Shown here: positions 30,201 to 39,505 of the stretch, piece after piece
How the letters are laid out: every line of letters starts with the position of its first letter
How positions within the stretch are numbered: the stretch's first letter is position 1
Assembly: GCA_051252135.1 (NCBI GenBank)
Contig: JBPOGH010000003.1
Span: 192,001 to 256,000 of the forward strand
DNA length: 64,000 bases
Direction of reading: 5' to 3'
From: Verrucomicrobiaceae bacterium
GTDB lineage: Bacteria > Verrucomicrobiota > Verrucomicrobiia > Verrucomicrobiales > Akkermansiaceae
Notes under the pieces: generated by a model
What the model was told of the DNA's origin: nothing
What the model saw: only the letters and a program-made list of their open reading frames with translations
The model's database searches: none
Position numbers and translations under genes: made by a program

Positions 30201-31391
30201 ATGAAACCACTCCTCATCCTCACGTCCTGCCTCCTCATCCTCTCCCACTGCGCCCTCGCCCAATCCCGCGGACTCTGGTTCTGGGGAACCACCACCCTCC
30301 CCGATGCCACCGATAGCCCCTACGGCTCCGCCTACGTCGTCGGCGATCCCGTTCTCGAAGACGAAAGCGTCAATTTCTTCAACGATCACAGCGTCACACG
30401 CATCTACGGCTCCTACCAAAACCGACCCGTCTCCGAGCCCGGAGTCATCGCCGACTGGAACGCCAAGCTCGACGCCGCAAGCATCGAATCCCAAATCCTC
30501 TTCGATGGCTACCAGGTCAACGACCCCATCTGGATCGCCAACCTCCTCAATAAAATCACCAACCGCGTCATCACTTTCAACTCCGCCCCCGGCCGACTCG
30601 ACTCCGAAAAATTCGACGCCGTCCACCTCGACCTCGAACCCCAGGGACTCGGCGTCTGGGACTCCGGCACCCCCGCCGACAAACGCCTCCTCCTCGACGA
30701 CCTCTACCAGGCCTACCTCAGCGTCCGCAACCACCTCGACACCGCCGGCTTCACCGACATGCCCATCTACGCCGACCTCCCCTTCTTCTTCGACAAACTC
30801 CCCTGGGACGGCGGCTCCGTCGGCTGGTCCGGCATCCTCGACCGCGACCAATGGTTCTTCGATGTCTATAATCTCGTCGACGGCGTCTCCCTCATGACCT
30901 TTTCAAAAACCACCTTCGCCAGCATCGATGCCGCTATCGACTACGAACGCACCTGGTTCCCCGGCGTCGCCCGCCTCGGCCTCCAGCCCAAAGTCGGCCT
31001 CGGCTCCACCTGGCTCAACCTCTCCGTCTTCAACTCCCGCATGCTCCAGTGCGAAGCCAACTACGGCCCCACCGGATCCACCGATATCGAAAACTACGGC
31101 CTCTGGCGCTACGCCATCGAAAACCCCGGCTACTACCTCGAGGTCGATGAAGTCGTCGTCATCGATCCCCCCGTCATCACCACCGGCACCGGAGCCATCC
31201 ACATCTTCGCCGACCCCGGCTTCCGCTACCTCATCCACACCTCCCCCGATCTCAGAACCTGGACCGAATACCGCACCGTCCGCACCCAATCCACCCACCC
31301 CGAAAAAATAACTGTCCCTTATCAGGCAAAAAACTCATCATGCTTTTTCCAGGTCGAGATCATCTACGACCAGAGCAGCCTCAACCGCTAG
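30201..31391 (+). CDS. Secreted protein with TIM-barrel glycoside hydrolase-like region and C-terminal beta domain
   Basis: ATG 30201 after GGAG, signal peptide, RGLWFW, FDAVHLDLEPQ. Confidence 0.65.
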   Translation: MKPLLILTSCLLILSHCALAQSRGLWFWGTTTLPDATDSPYGSAYVVGDPVLEDESVNFFNDHSVTRIYGSYQNRPVSEPGVIADWNAKLDAASIESQILFDGYQVNDPIWIANLLNKITNRVITFNSAPGRLDSEKFDAVHLDLEPQGLGVWDSGTPADKRLLLDDLYQAYLSVRNHLDTAGFTDMPIYADLPFFFDKLPWDGGSVGWSGILDRDQWFFDVYNLVDGVSLMTFSKTTFASIDAAIDYERTWFPGVARLGLQPKVGLGSTWLNLSVFNSRMLQCEANYGPTGSTDIENYGLWRYAIENPGYYLEVDEVVVIDPPVITTGTGAIHIFADPGFRYLIHTSPDLRTWTEYRTVRTQSTHPEKITVPYQAKNSSCFFQVEIIYDQSSLNR

Positions 31392-31430
31392 CTCGCCCCC
31401 CTCTCCTTGCCCCGCAGGCAATCCAGAATA

Positions 31431-31463
31431 AAGCCCGCGCTGTTCCGACAGCGCGGGTTTTTT
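31431..31463 (+). terminator. Rho-independent terminator
   Basis: CCCGCGCTGT-TCCG-ACAGCGCGGG followed by a T run. Confidence 0.8.
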
Positions 31464-31483
31464 CCATCCCCCAATTCGCAAAT

Positions 31484-31528
31484 GAGCTGAAGGCTCAAGA
31501 GAACAAAGCCTGGGACTTCAGTCCCAGG
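31484..31528 (+). repeat. REP-like palindromic element, copy 1 (divergent)
   Basis: GAGCTGAAGGCTC-N10-AGCCTGGGACTTCAGTCCCAGG. Confidence 0.55.
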
Positions 31529-31579
31529 AACCACCCGTCTGCCCGAAGACGCACTTCTCAGATCATCGCTTCGCGATGA

Positions 31580-31984
31580 TTACCCCAGCGGCACCGCCTC
31601 AGCCGCCGCAAGCACCTCCTCATCCAGATAAGCCTCCTCCACAATCTCCTGACACCACGGATTCGTCTTCCCCAGATACTGCAACACCCGCACCACCATC
31701 ACCTGCTGAAGCGGCTGGTCTGTCCAAATCAACTCTCCCAAATGCCGCCACTCATCCGCTTGAAAAAGCGACGGCTTCTCCAGCGCCGCGATCACCTCAT
31801 CGCTCAGCATGAGACACCGCTCAAAATCCGGCTCCTTCGGCACCGGCGGCACTTCATAAATCCGCAACGGCACGCCTGACTTCAGGCTCAGCTCACACGT
31901 CGATTTCGCCCGCCGCGCCAAATCCTTTCCAAAGGAATTCAGCAGCGCCAGACGCTCCTGGTTTTCGTTAAACCCCTTCGCCAT
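31580..31984 (-). CDS. PhnA-like small protein
   Basis: GKDLARRAKSTCEL...YEVPP...WRHLGELIW pattern. Confidence 0.65.
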   Translation of the reverse strand: MAKGFNENQERLALLNSFGKDLARRAKSTCELSLKSGVPLRIYEVPPVPKEPDFERCLMLSDEVIAALEKPSLFQADEWRHLGELIWTDQPLQQVMVVRVLQYLGKTNPWCQEIVEEAYLDEEVLAAAEAVPLG

Positions 31985-32000
31985 GATTTAAAAAGGCGAC

Positions 32001-32660
32001 CTACCTCTGCAAGGGAGCCAACTCAATGGTCACCCGGCGATTCTGCGCCCGCCCCGACTCACTGTTATTACTTGCGATCGGCTGGCTATACCCTTGGCCG
32101 GACACCTGCATCCGGCGGCCATCCACCCGCTGCTGCGCCAAATAACTCGCCACATTCGATGCCCGCGTTGCCGAAAGCCGCTGATTGTAGCTGTATCCAC
32201 CCACATTGTCAGTGTGACCCGTAATCGCCACCGAACTGTCACGATAACGATAAAGCACCTTCGCCACCGAGTTCAGCACCGGGAAAAAATCAGGACTAAT
32301 CCGGGCTTCTCCCGTAGGAAACGTGATATCACTCGGCATATTCAACACGATCCGGTCGCCATTACGACTCACCCCCACTCCCGTGCTCGCCAACTCCTGA
32401 CGAAGCTCGGCCTCCTGCCGATCCATGTAATTTCCATACGCTCCACCCGCCAACGCCCCGATCGCCGCGCCACGCACCGCCTTCTGACGGCTGTCATTTC
32501 CCCCATCACCACTCAACGCACCCACCCCGGCACCCAAAAGCCCGCCCAACACCGCTCCGGTCGTCGTCTTGGACGCACCCGGCACACCGGTATAAGGGTC
32601 AGTCGTCTGACAGGAGGTCACAGCCAGGGCACACACAAGGGAAAGAATCGGAAGTTTCAC
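32001..32660 (-). CDS. OmpA-family lipoprotein (YiaD-like, glycine zipper)
   Basis: Lipobox AVTSC, glycine-zipper segments, GHTD, NQRLSATRA, NRRV. Confidence 0.92.
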   Translation of the reverse strand: MKLPILSLVCALAVTSCQTTDPYTGVPGASKTTTGAVLGGLLGAGVGALSGDGGNDSRQKAVRGAAIGALAGGAYGNYMDRQEAELRQELASTGVGVSRNGDRIVLNMPSDITFPTGEARISPDFFPVLNSVAKVLYRYRDSSVAITGHTDNVGGYSYNQRLSATRASNVASYLAQQRVDGRRMQVSGQGYSQPIASNNSESGRAQNRRVTIELAPLQR

Positions 32661-32794
32661 GTCCCCAGTTTACCGGCGATCACCCAAAATGCAAAAAAGG
32701 ATTTCAACCAGACCCCAATCCCACTCAAAATAATTTTTTCCTAAAATCCCTCTTCACGCCTCACCTCTCAGGAACATCTCCTTAGAAACACCCC

Positions 32795-33349
32795 ATGACC
32801 TCCGATCCTTCCAACGACCACGGCGCCGAGTTCAGCCGACTCCTCGTGGCCAACCAAAAACGCATCCTCGGGTTCATCTACACCCTCGTTCAGGATCGTA
32901 ACGCTGCCGAGGATGTCCTTCAGGACGTCTCCGCCATCCTTTGGAAAAAATTCGATCAATTTGAACGCGGCACCGACTTCGCCGCCTGGGCCATGTGCGT
33001 CGCCCGCTTCACCGTCCTCAACTGGCGCCGTAAAAAACAAAAACTTCCCATCGCGCTCGAGGACGACACCCTCGAATTCCTCGCCGACCAGGCCGTCGCC
33101 GAACTCTCCTGCCCCGAGGACGACCGCCAAGCCGCCCTCCAGGAGTGCCTCCGCCGCCTCCCCTCCAATCAACTCGACCTCATCCGCTCCCGCTACATGC
33201 AAGACCGTGATGTCACCGAGATCGCCTCCACCGAAAAACGGAGCGTCCGCTCCATCTATCTCCGCCTCGAAAAAATCCACACCGCCCTCCTCGACTGCAT
33301 CGAGAGCAAGCGCTGGCAACACCCCCTGGAAAGAGAAGGTTCCCAATGA
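32795..33349 (+). CDS. ECF sigma-70 factor (Planctomycete/Verrucomicrobia type)
   Basis: AEDVLQD, LWKKFDQF, FAAWA, ALQECL, region 4 helix-turn-helix. Confidence 0.92.
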   Translation: MTSDPSNDHGAEFSRLLVANQKRILGFIYTLVQDRNAAEDVLQDVSAILWKKFDQFERGTDFAAWAMCVARFTVLNWRRKKQKLPIALEDDTLEFLADQAVAELSCPEDDRQAALQECLRRLPSNQLDLIRSRYMQDRDVTEIASTEKRSVRSIYLRLEKIHTALLDCIESKRWQHPLEREGSQ

Positions 33350-34908
33350 AATCCCGTATCGACCAACTCGCCGACCTCACCCGTCGCGACGCTCTCACCG
33401 CTGACGACCAGCAAGAGCTCAACGCCCTCCTCAAGCGTGACCCCGAAGCACGCCAACGCTTCGTCGGACACCTCCTCCTGGAGCACGACCTCCGGGAACT
33501 CAACGAACTCCCCCACGACAAACCGGCCAACATCACCCGCTTCCTCATCCCCGCCCTCATCGGACTCGCCGCCGCCATCACCCTCCTTGCCTCATTCTTC
33601 TGGAAGGCCGACGTCACCCCACCCGCAATCACCGACACCCCCGGGGAAGAACCCTTCCTCACCAGCGTCGCCGTCGTCCGCCGCGTCTCCGATCTCGGGG
33701 ACCAATCCACCACCCTCCGCTCCGGCCAGGTCATCCAACCCGGCACCATCGAGGTCTCCTCCGGACTCCTCCAGCTCGATCTTCACAACGGCGTCTCTCT
33801 TGTCGTCGAAGCCCCCGCCCAATTCGACATCATCTCCTCGGACCTCATCCACCTCGCCCACGGAAAAATCCGCGCCCAGGTCCCCCCACCCGCACAAGGC
33901 TTCCGCATCGAAACCACATCCTTCGACATCGTCGACCTCGGAACCGAGTTCGCCATCTCGCTCGACTCCAATGGCAAAGGCGAACTCCACGTCATCGATG
34001 GCGAGGTCGAACTCTACCAGAAAACCTCCCCCAACAAAGCCGCCCAACTCCTCACCGCAGGACACGGCGTCGGCCTCGACCACACCGGAAAACAAACCAA
34101 AATCCAGGTCAATCCCGCAAATTTCGCCGACTCCAAAACCCTCCTCGAAGGCAGCCAACGCCAGCGCCTCCGCTGGCAAACCCACTTCACCGCCCTCGCC
34201 AAAGACCCGGACACCGTCGCCCTCTACGACTTCCAGCCCCTCAACGGCGCCCTCCCCAACCTCGCCACCAACGCCGCCCCGGACTCCCAGGGAATCATCA
34301 TCGGCTGCTCCTCCGTCCAGGGCCGCTGGCCCGACAAAACCGCCCTCTCCTTCAGCAACCCCTCCCACCGCGTCCGCACCAAAATCCCCGGCACCTTTGA
34401 CACCCTCACCTTCGCCACCTGGATCAAAGTGGAATCCCTCTCCCACGTTTCAATCCCTCTCATCCAATCCCAGCGCACCGATGGCCGCAGCCTCACCTGG
34501 GACCTTCGTAAGAAAGGACAACTCACCCAGGCCCTCGCCTTCTTCAGCGACGTCGTCGGCGGTGCCGGCCACCAGGACCAAACCTACAAATACCTCTCCG
34601 CCAACCCCGCTCTCAGCGACTCCCAATTCGGCACCTGGATCCACCTCGCCGTCACCATCGATAATCACAACAAGCAACTCGTCCACTACGTCAATGGACA
34701 GATTCTCCAAACCCTACCCATCAACACCCCCCACCCGCTCGTGATCGGCATCGCCGATCTCGGCAACTGGCCGTCCCGCGATTGGGCCAAAGGAACCAAA
34801 TGGGAAATCCGTCACCTCATCGGAAGCATGGGCGAGTTCCTCATCAGCCAACGCGTCTTCTCCCCCCGCGACATCCGCCGCCTCCACGCCGCCGGAAGCC
34901 CCGAGTAA
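33346..34908 (+). CDS. FecR-like anti-sigma factor with LamG-like jelly-roll domain
   Basis: TM segment, VDLGTEF, HVIDGEVE, GRWPDK, WIHLAVT; ATGA overlap with the sigma gene. Confidence 0.88.
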   Translation: MKSRIDQLADLTRRDALTADDQQELNALLKRDPEARQRFVGHLLLEHDLRELNELPHDKPANITRFLIPALIGLAAAITLLASFFWKADVTPPAITDTPGEEPFLTSVAVVRRVSDLGDQSTTLRSGQVIQPGTIEVSSGLLQLDLHNGVSLVVEAPAQFDIISSDLIHLAHGKIRAQVPPPAQGFRIETTSFDIVDLGTEFAISLDSNGKGELHVIDGEVELYQKTSPNKAAQLLTAGHGVGLDHTGKQTKIQVNPANFADSKTLLEGSQRQRLRWQTHFTALAKDPDTVALYDFQPLNGALPNLATNAAPDSQGIIIGCSSVQGRWPDKTALSFSNPSHRVRTKIPGTFDTLTFATWIKVESLSHVSIPLIQSQRTDGRSLTWDLRKKGQLTQALAFFSDVVGGAGHQDQTYKYLSANPALSDSQFGTWIHLAVTIDNHNKQLVHYVNGQILQTLPINTPHPLVIGIADLGNWPSRDWAKGTKWEIRHLIGSMGEFLISQRVFSPRDIRRLHAAGSPE

Positions 34909-34918
34909 CTCCCTCAAA

Positions 34919-37426
34919 ATGACCCGCCGTCTCACCCTCCTCACCCTCTTCATCGGCAGCCTCCACGCTCAGGTCGAACAACCTGACCGCGTCGCCACCA
35001 TGCCCGATAAGCATCAGGAGATTCTCGAGTTCTACTGCTACGAATGTCACGACTCCGCCGAGGCCGAGGGCGGACTCAACATGGAAGAACTCTCCTTCCA
35101 CATCAGCAAGGACATCCCCACCGCCGAGCGCTGGCAGAAAATTCTCAACGCCATGAACTCCGGCGAAATGCCGCCCAAGAAAAAGGACCAACTCACCGAT
35201 CAGGAAAAGACCGTCTTCCTCGATGACCTCTCCAACCAAATGGTCCTCGCCCGCCAAATCCTCAGCGACAACGGAGGCCAAATCACCCTCCGCCGTCTCA
35301 ACCGCCGCGAATACCTCAACACCGTCGAGGACCTCCTCGGCGTCCGCCCCGATGCCTCCACCCTCCCCAGCGATGCCGGATCCGGATTCGACACCTCCGG
35401 AGCCGACCTCTTCTTCTCCAGCGACCAACTCGAACAATACCTCGCCGTCGCCCGTGACACCCTCGAGCTCTCCTTCTTCGGCAAGCCCCCATCAACGCCC
35501 AAAACCACCCGCGTCCAACCCGAGGCCGACGTCACCAAACAATACACCGACTACCTCGCTAAGCTCGAAGACGTAAAATCCCGCGCCCAAAAACTCATCG
35601 CCGACCCCTCCCTCGACGCCAAAAAACTCGGCTTCATCGACCTCTACCAAGCCAAGCGGCAGCTCAATTCCTACAAGGACTACTCCCCCCAGCTCATCGA
35701 ATACCTCAACCGCCCCGAGACCAAAACCGGAGCCACCCTCATCCTCACCATCAAAGGAGGAGGCCCAACCCGCGTCAAGGTCGCCTCCCTTGGCCCCCAG
35801 GAAGGAGGCACCTACACCATCCGCGCCCGCGCCGCCGCCTACACCGAAGCACCCCTCCGCCTCCAATACCTCGAACTCACCGGCCGGGAAGGCCAAAATG
35901 CCGAACGCCTCGGATGGCAAAAAATCACCGGCTCCCTCGAAAACCCCTCGGAAGTCGGCTTCACCTTCACCCACCCCACCGGATCCAAAAGAACCTACTA
36001 CCTCCACCAACGCACCCACCAGGACCGCGGCGATAAAAACCTCTGGGCCGAATACCGCCAAAAAAATGGCCTCGGCACCCCTCCCGGAGTCTGGGTCGAC
36101 TGGGCCGAAATCACCGGCCCCCAACCCAATCCCGACTTCGGAAAACAAACCGCCCAAATCTTCTTCGAACAACCGACCGACCTCAGCGAAGAACAATACG
36201 CCCGCGAAATCCTCCGCCGCTTCGCCACCCGCGCCTTCCGCGGAGAAGAACCCACCACCGAATTTCTCGACAAGCTCCTCGCCCAATATCAAGCCAACCG
36301 GGAGAACGGCGAAACCCTCAAAAGAGCCATGGTCGGACCCATGTCCATCATCCTCGCCTCACCCGGTTTCATCTACATGGTCGAGTCCTCCGGCAGCGAA
36401 GCCCTCACTGACCGCGAACTCGCCATCCGCCTCTCCTACTTCCTCTGGTCCACCGCCCCCGACACCGAACTCCTCGCCCAAAACCTCTCCGACCCCGTCA
36501 CCCTCCGCGCCCAAACCGAACGCCTCCTCCGCGACCCCCGCGCCGACCGCTTCATCCGCGGCTTCACCTACCAATGGCTCCAGATGGAACGCCTCGAAAT
36601 GTTCCAATTCGACGCCCGCAAATACGAGGACTTCGATAACGCCACCCGCGAATCCGCCGGCGAAGAAATCTACGCCACCATCCACGCCCTCTTCAAAGAG
36701 CGCCTCCCCCTCCACAACCTCCTCAAGTCGGACTTCATCATCATCAACGACGCCCTCGCCGACTTCTACGGCATCCCCGCCATCGAAGGCTCCCACTTCC
36801 GAAAAGTCGCCCTCCCGCAAAATGACAAACGCGGCGGCCTCCTCGGCACCGTCGCCGTCCTCGCCATGGGATCCGATGGCCTCCGCTCCTCACCCGTCGA
36901 GCGCGGCGCCTGGGTCCTCCGCCACCTCCTCAACAACCCGCCTCCTCCTGCCCCTCCCAACGTCCCCCAACTCGGACGCCTCGCCGGACAAGCCCTCTCC
37001 GCCCGCGAACTCCAAAAGGCCCACCAGGAAGCCCCCCAATGCGCCCAGTGCCACCAAAAGATCGACCCCATCGGCTACGCCCTTGAGCACTTCGATGCCT
37101 CCGGAAAATGGCGCGAACAGGAAACCGTCTTCCACGGCAAACGAAACACCGACACTACCCTCTTCCCCATCGACCCCTCCGGCGAGCTCTCCGATGGCAC
37201 CAAATTCAAGGATTACTTCGAGCTCCGCGACGTCGTCGCCAGCCGCCCCGACGCCTTCGCCCAAGGCTTCTCAAAAGAACTCATCGCCTACGGCCTCGGC
37301 CGCCCCTTCGGCTTCACCGACTTCACCCTCGCCGAGGAAATGGTCACCCAAGCCAAGGAGCGGAATTACGACCCCAACGAGTTCATCCACACCCTCGTTC
37401 AATCCAGGAAATTCCAAACCAAGTGA
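34919..37426 (+). CDS. DUF1592-family protein with planctomycete cytochrome c domains
   Basis: CYECH and CAQCH heme motifs, LRRLNRREY, RLSYFLWS, SPVERGAW. Confidence 0.9.
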   Translation: MTRRLTLLTLFIGSLHAQVEQPDRVATMPDKHQEILEFYCYECHDSAEAEGGLNMEELSFHISKDIPTAERWQKILNAMNSGEMPPKKKDQLTDQEKTVFLDDLSNQMVLARQILSDNGGQITLRRLNRREYLNTVEDLLGVRPDASTLPSDAGSGFDTSGADLFFSSDQLEQYLAVARDTLELSFFGKPPSTPKTTRVQPEADVTKQYTDYLAKLEDVKSRAQKLIADPSLDAKKLGFIDLYQAKRQLNSYKDYSPQLIEYLNRPETKTGATLILTIKGGGPTRVKVASLGPQEGGTYTIRARAAAYTEAPLRLQYLELTGREGQNAERLGWQKITGSLENPSEVGFTFTHPTGSKRTYYLHQRTHQDRGDKNLWAEYRQKNGLGTPPGVWVDWAEITGPQPNPDFGKQTAQIFFEQPTDLSEEQYAREILRRFATRAFRGEEPTTEFLDKLLAQYQANRENGETLKRAMVGPMSIILASPGFIYMVESSGSEALTDRELAIRLSYFLWSTAPDTELLAQNLSDPVTLRAQTERLLRDPRADRFIRGFTYQWLQMERLEMFQFDARKYEDFDNATRESAGEEIYATIHALFKERLPLHNLLKSDFIIINDALADFYGIPAIEGSHFRKVALPQNDKRGGLLGTVAVLAMGSDGLRSSPVERGAWVLRHLLNNPPPPAPPNVPQLGRLAGQALSARELQKAHQEAPQCAQCHQKIDPIGYALEHFDASGKWREQETVFHGKRNTDTTLFPIDPSGELSDGTKFKDYFELRDVVASRPDAFAQGFSKELIAYGLGRPFGFTDFTLAEEMVTQAKERNYDPNEFIHTLVQSRKFQTK

Positions 37427-37444
37427 ACCTTCCCTCCCTTCAAA

Positions 37445-37505
37445 GGGCCAACGGCCCGACCTCATACCAGCCCAGGTTGCAGCGACGCAGGAGCGGAGGC
37501 CTGGG
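37445..37505 (+). repeat. REP-like palindromic element, copy 2
   Basis: GGGCCAACGGCCC-N10-CAGCCCAGG...GCCTGGG. Confidence 0.65.
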
Positions 37506-37682
37506 AACCCACAACCCCGGGAAAAAGCGGGAGCCCTTGATCTGACCTCACCAAAACATCCCCCCGACCGCACCCCTTAAAAATCCTCCTCAGTCACCGA
37601 CCTTCCCTACGACTACGACTCCATCATCGGAGGACCCATCCCGATGACCCCTCTAACAAAAATCTGAAAACTTAAACACCTC

Positions 37683-38981
37683 ATGAAAACCAACCGCCGC
37701 GCCGTTCTCAAAAGCGCTTCCGCCATGATCGCGCTCCCCTTCATGGAATCATTCGGATTTCAAAAATTCGCCTCTACCAAAATCGCCGCCGCCCCCAAAC
37801 GAATGATCTTCCTCGGCATGGGCTACGGCGTCACCGCCGACCGATGGTATCCCGACCTCAACTCCGTCGGCTCCGACTACAAAATGCCCACCGTCCTCTC
37901 CCCGCTCGCCAAGCACCAGAAGGACCTCACCATCATCCAAAACCTCATGCACGAGCACTCCCAAGATGGCCATAGCGGCTCCACCTTCTGGCTCACCGGA
38001 GCCAACCGCTACGCCATCGCGGGACAGAGCTTCCACAACACCGTCTCCGTCGACCAGGTCGCCGCCGAGCAACTCGGAAAAGACACCCGCTTCACCTCCC
38101 TCCAACTCGCCGCCAAACAAGGTTCCTCCTCCGGAGCCGATGGCCACGGCCCCGGCTTCTCCCTCGCCTGGAACCGCCAGGGCAAACCCATCGCCGGCCT
38201 TGACACTCCCGTCGCCGCCTTCCACCGACTCTTTTCAAACGACAACACCCCCCTCGCCGAACGCCAAAAGCGCCTCATCGAACAACGCAGCGTCCTCGAC
38301 ACCATCCTCAGCGACGCCCGCTCGGTGAACCGCAAACTCGGAAAAAACGACACCGAAAAACTCGACGAATACTTCCAGTCCATCCGCGAAATCGAAGTCC
38401 GCCTCTCCAAGGAAGAGCAATGGCTCACCATCGAAAAGAAATCGCCCAAAACCCCTCTCAAGGAACCCGGCGAATCCCTCGAAGGCCTCGAGGAAATGCG
38501 CATGATGTACGATATCATGGCCGCCGCCATGGAAGTCGATGCCACCCGCGTCCTCACCTACCGCATGCCCGTCAACTCCCTTATCCAAAGCCTCGGCGCC
38601 TCCATGAGCGCCCACAGCATGAGCCACTACTCCGAGGGCGAACGACGCGACGTCTCCGAATCCCGCGACAAGGCCAACGCCAAACTCCTCGCCGAGTTCA
38701 TCGACAAACTAAAAGCCACCAAGGAAGCCGATGGCTCCAGCCTCTTCGATAACTCCACCATCACCATGGGCACCAACCTCAGCTCCGTCCACACCCTCAA
38801 AAACTGCCCCACCCTCGTCACCGGCGGCGGCGCCGGCATCAACCACGGCCGCCACCTCGTCATGGACGACCCCAAAACCCCCCTCTGCAACCTCTGGCTC
38901 AGCCTCCTCCAAGGCACCGGCATCCAAACCGACTCCCACGGCGACTCCACCGGAAGAATCGACCAGCTCTTCAACTCCTAG
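37683..38981 (+). CDS. DUF1552 family protein (Tat-like signal)
   Basis: NRRAVLK, LPFMES, SVDQVAA, KLDEYFQSIRE, NLWLSLL, GDSTG. Confidence 0.9.
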   Translation: MKTNRRAVLKSASAMIALPFMESFGFQKFASTKIAAAPKRMIFLGMGYGVTADRWYPDLNSVGSDYKMPTVLSPLAKHQKDLTIIQNLMHEHSQDGHSGSTFWLTGANRYAIAGQSFHNTVSVDQVAAEQLGKDTRFTSLQLAAKQGSSSGADGHGPGFSLAWNRQGKPIAGLDTPVAAFHRLFSNDNTPLAERQKRLIEQRSVLDTILSDARSVNRKLGKNDTEKLDEYFQSIREIEVRLSKEEQWLTIEKKSPKTPLKEPGESLEGLEEMRMMYDIMAAAMEVDATRVLTYRMPVNSLIQSLGASMSAHSMSHYSEGERRDVSESRDKANAKLLAEFIDKLKATKEADGSSLFDNSTITMGTNLSSVHTLKNCPTLVTGGGAGINHGRHLVMDDPKTPLCNLWLSLLQGTGIQTDSHGDSTGRIDQLFNS

Positions 38982-39103
38982 GGGCTACCTCACAAACCTG
39001 AGCCCTCATTCATCTCCCCAGACCAACCGTTTCTCCCCTTGACCCAATGGCACTCGGATCAAAAAGCTCATCAAAAAAGACCGATCCTAAGATGATTCCC
39101 AAT

Positions 39104-39376
39104 GGGCTGAAGGCCCTATTCAAACCAGCCTAGGTCGGAGCGCAGCGCAGGCCTAGGTCCACATCGTCGAAAAATTCATGGGCAAGCCATTGACGTCGCT
39201 GCGGATACCGTCAACCCGCAGCCCTTCATTCCAGCCGCGCCTCCGCCGCACGGCCCTCGAGCACCCGATTTCCTCATCGACCTGCCTCAGCTCGGCCAAG
39301 GATTCGCATTCCATCAGCCTCGGCCTGCGCTCGTTTCTCGCTCCAACCCAGGCTGAAATAGGTTTGGCCTTCAGCC
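39104..39376. repeat. Inverted pair of REP-like elements (REPIN/MITE-like)
   Basis: 39104-39157 (+) GGGCTGAAGGCCC..CAGCCTAGGTCGGAGCG..AGCGCAGGCCTAGG; 39318-39376 (-) GGCTGAAGGCC..CAGCCTGGGTTGGAGCG..AGCGCAGGCCGAGG. Confidence 0.75.
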
Positions 39377-39505
39377 AAAAGAAAGGGACCGGACGGGGTG
39401 AAGACGATTGTGCATCGGACCCAAGAATCCTTTTAGCCCTTCAATTTTGGATGAAAGATGAAGTTTGCGATTCATGAGCTAAAGCGAGTAACATCTCCAA
39501 AAACC

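Noticed and set aside
37424..37470. TGA stop of the DUF1592 gene followed by a hairpin (possible third Sec site)
   Set aside because: The protein ends at a natural-looking terminus (SRKFQTK) and the hairpin belongs to the REP-like repeat.
33437..37580. Long Ser/Pro/Thr-rich alternative-frame ORFs (e.g. 33437-34744, 35790-37580) and many antisense ORFs
   Set aside because: Shadows of real genes caused by C-rich codon bias; low complexity and no motifs.
39153..39314. 53-codon minus-strand ORF and 99-aa plus-strand ORF (39178-39477) within the inverted repeat pair
   Set aside because: No recognisable motif; they overlap the repeat arms.
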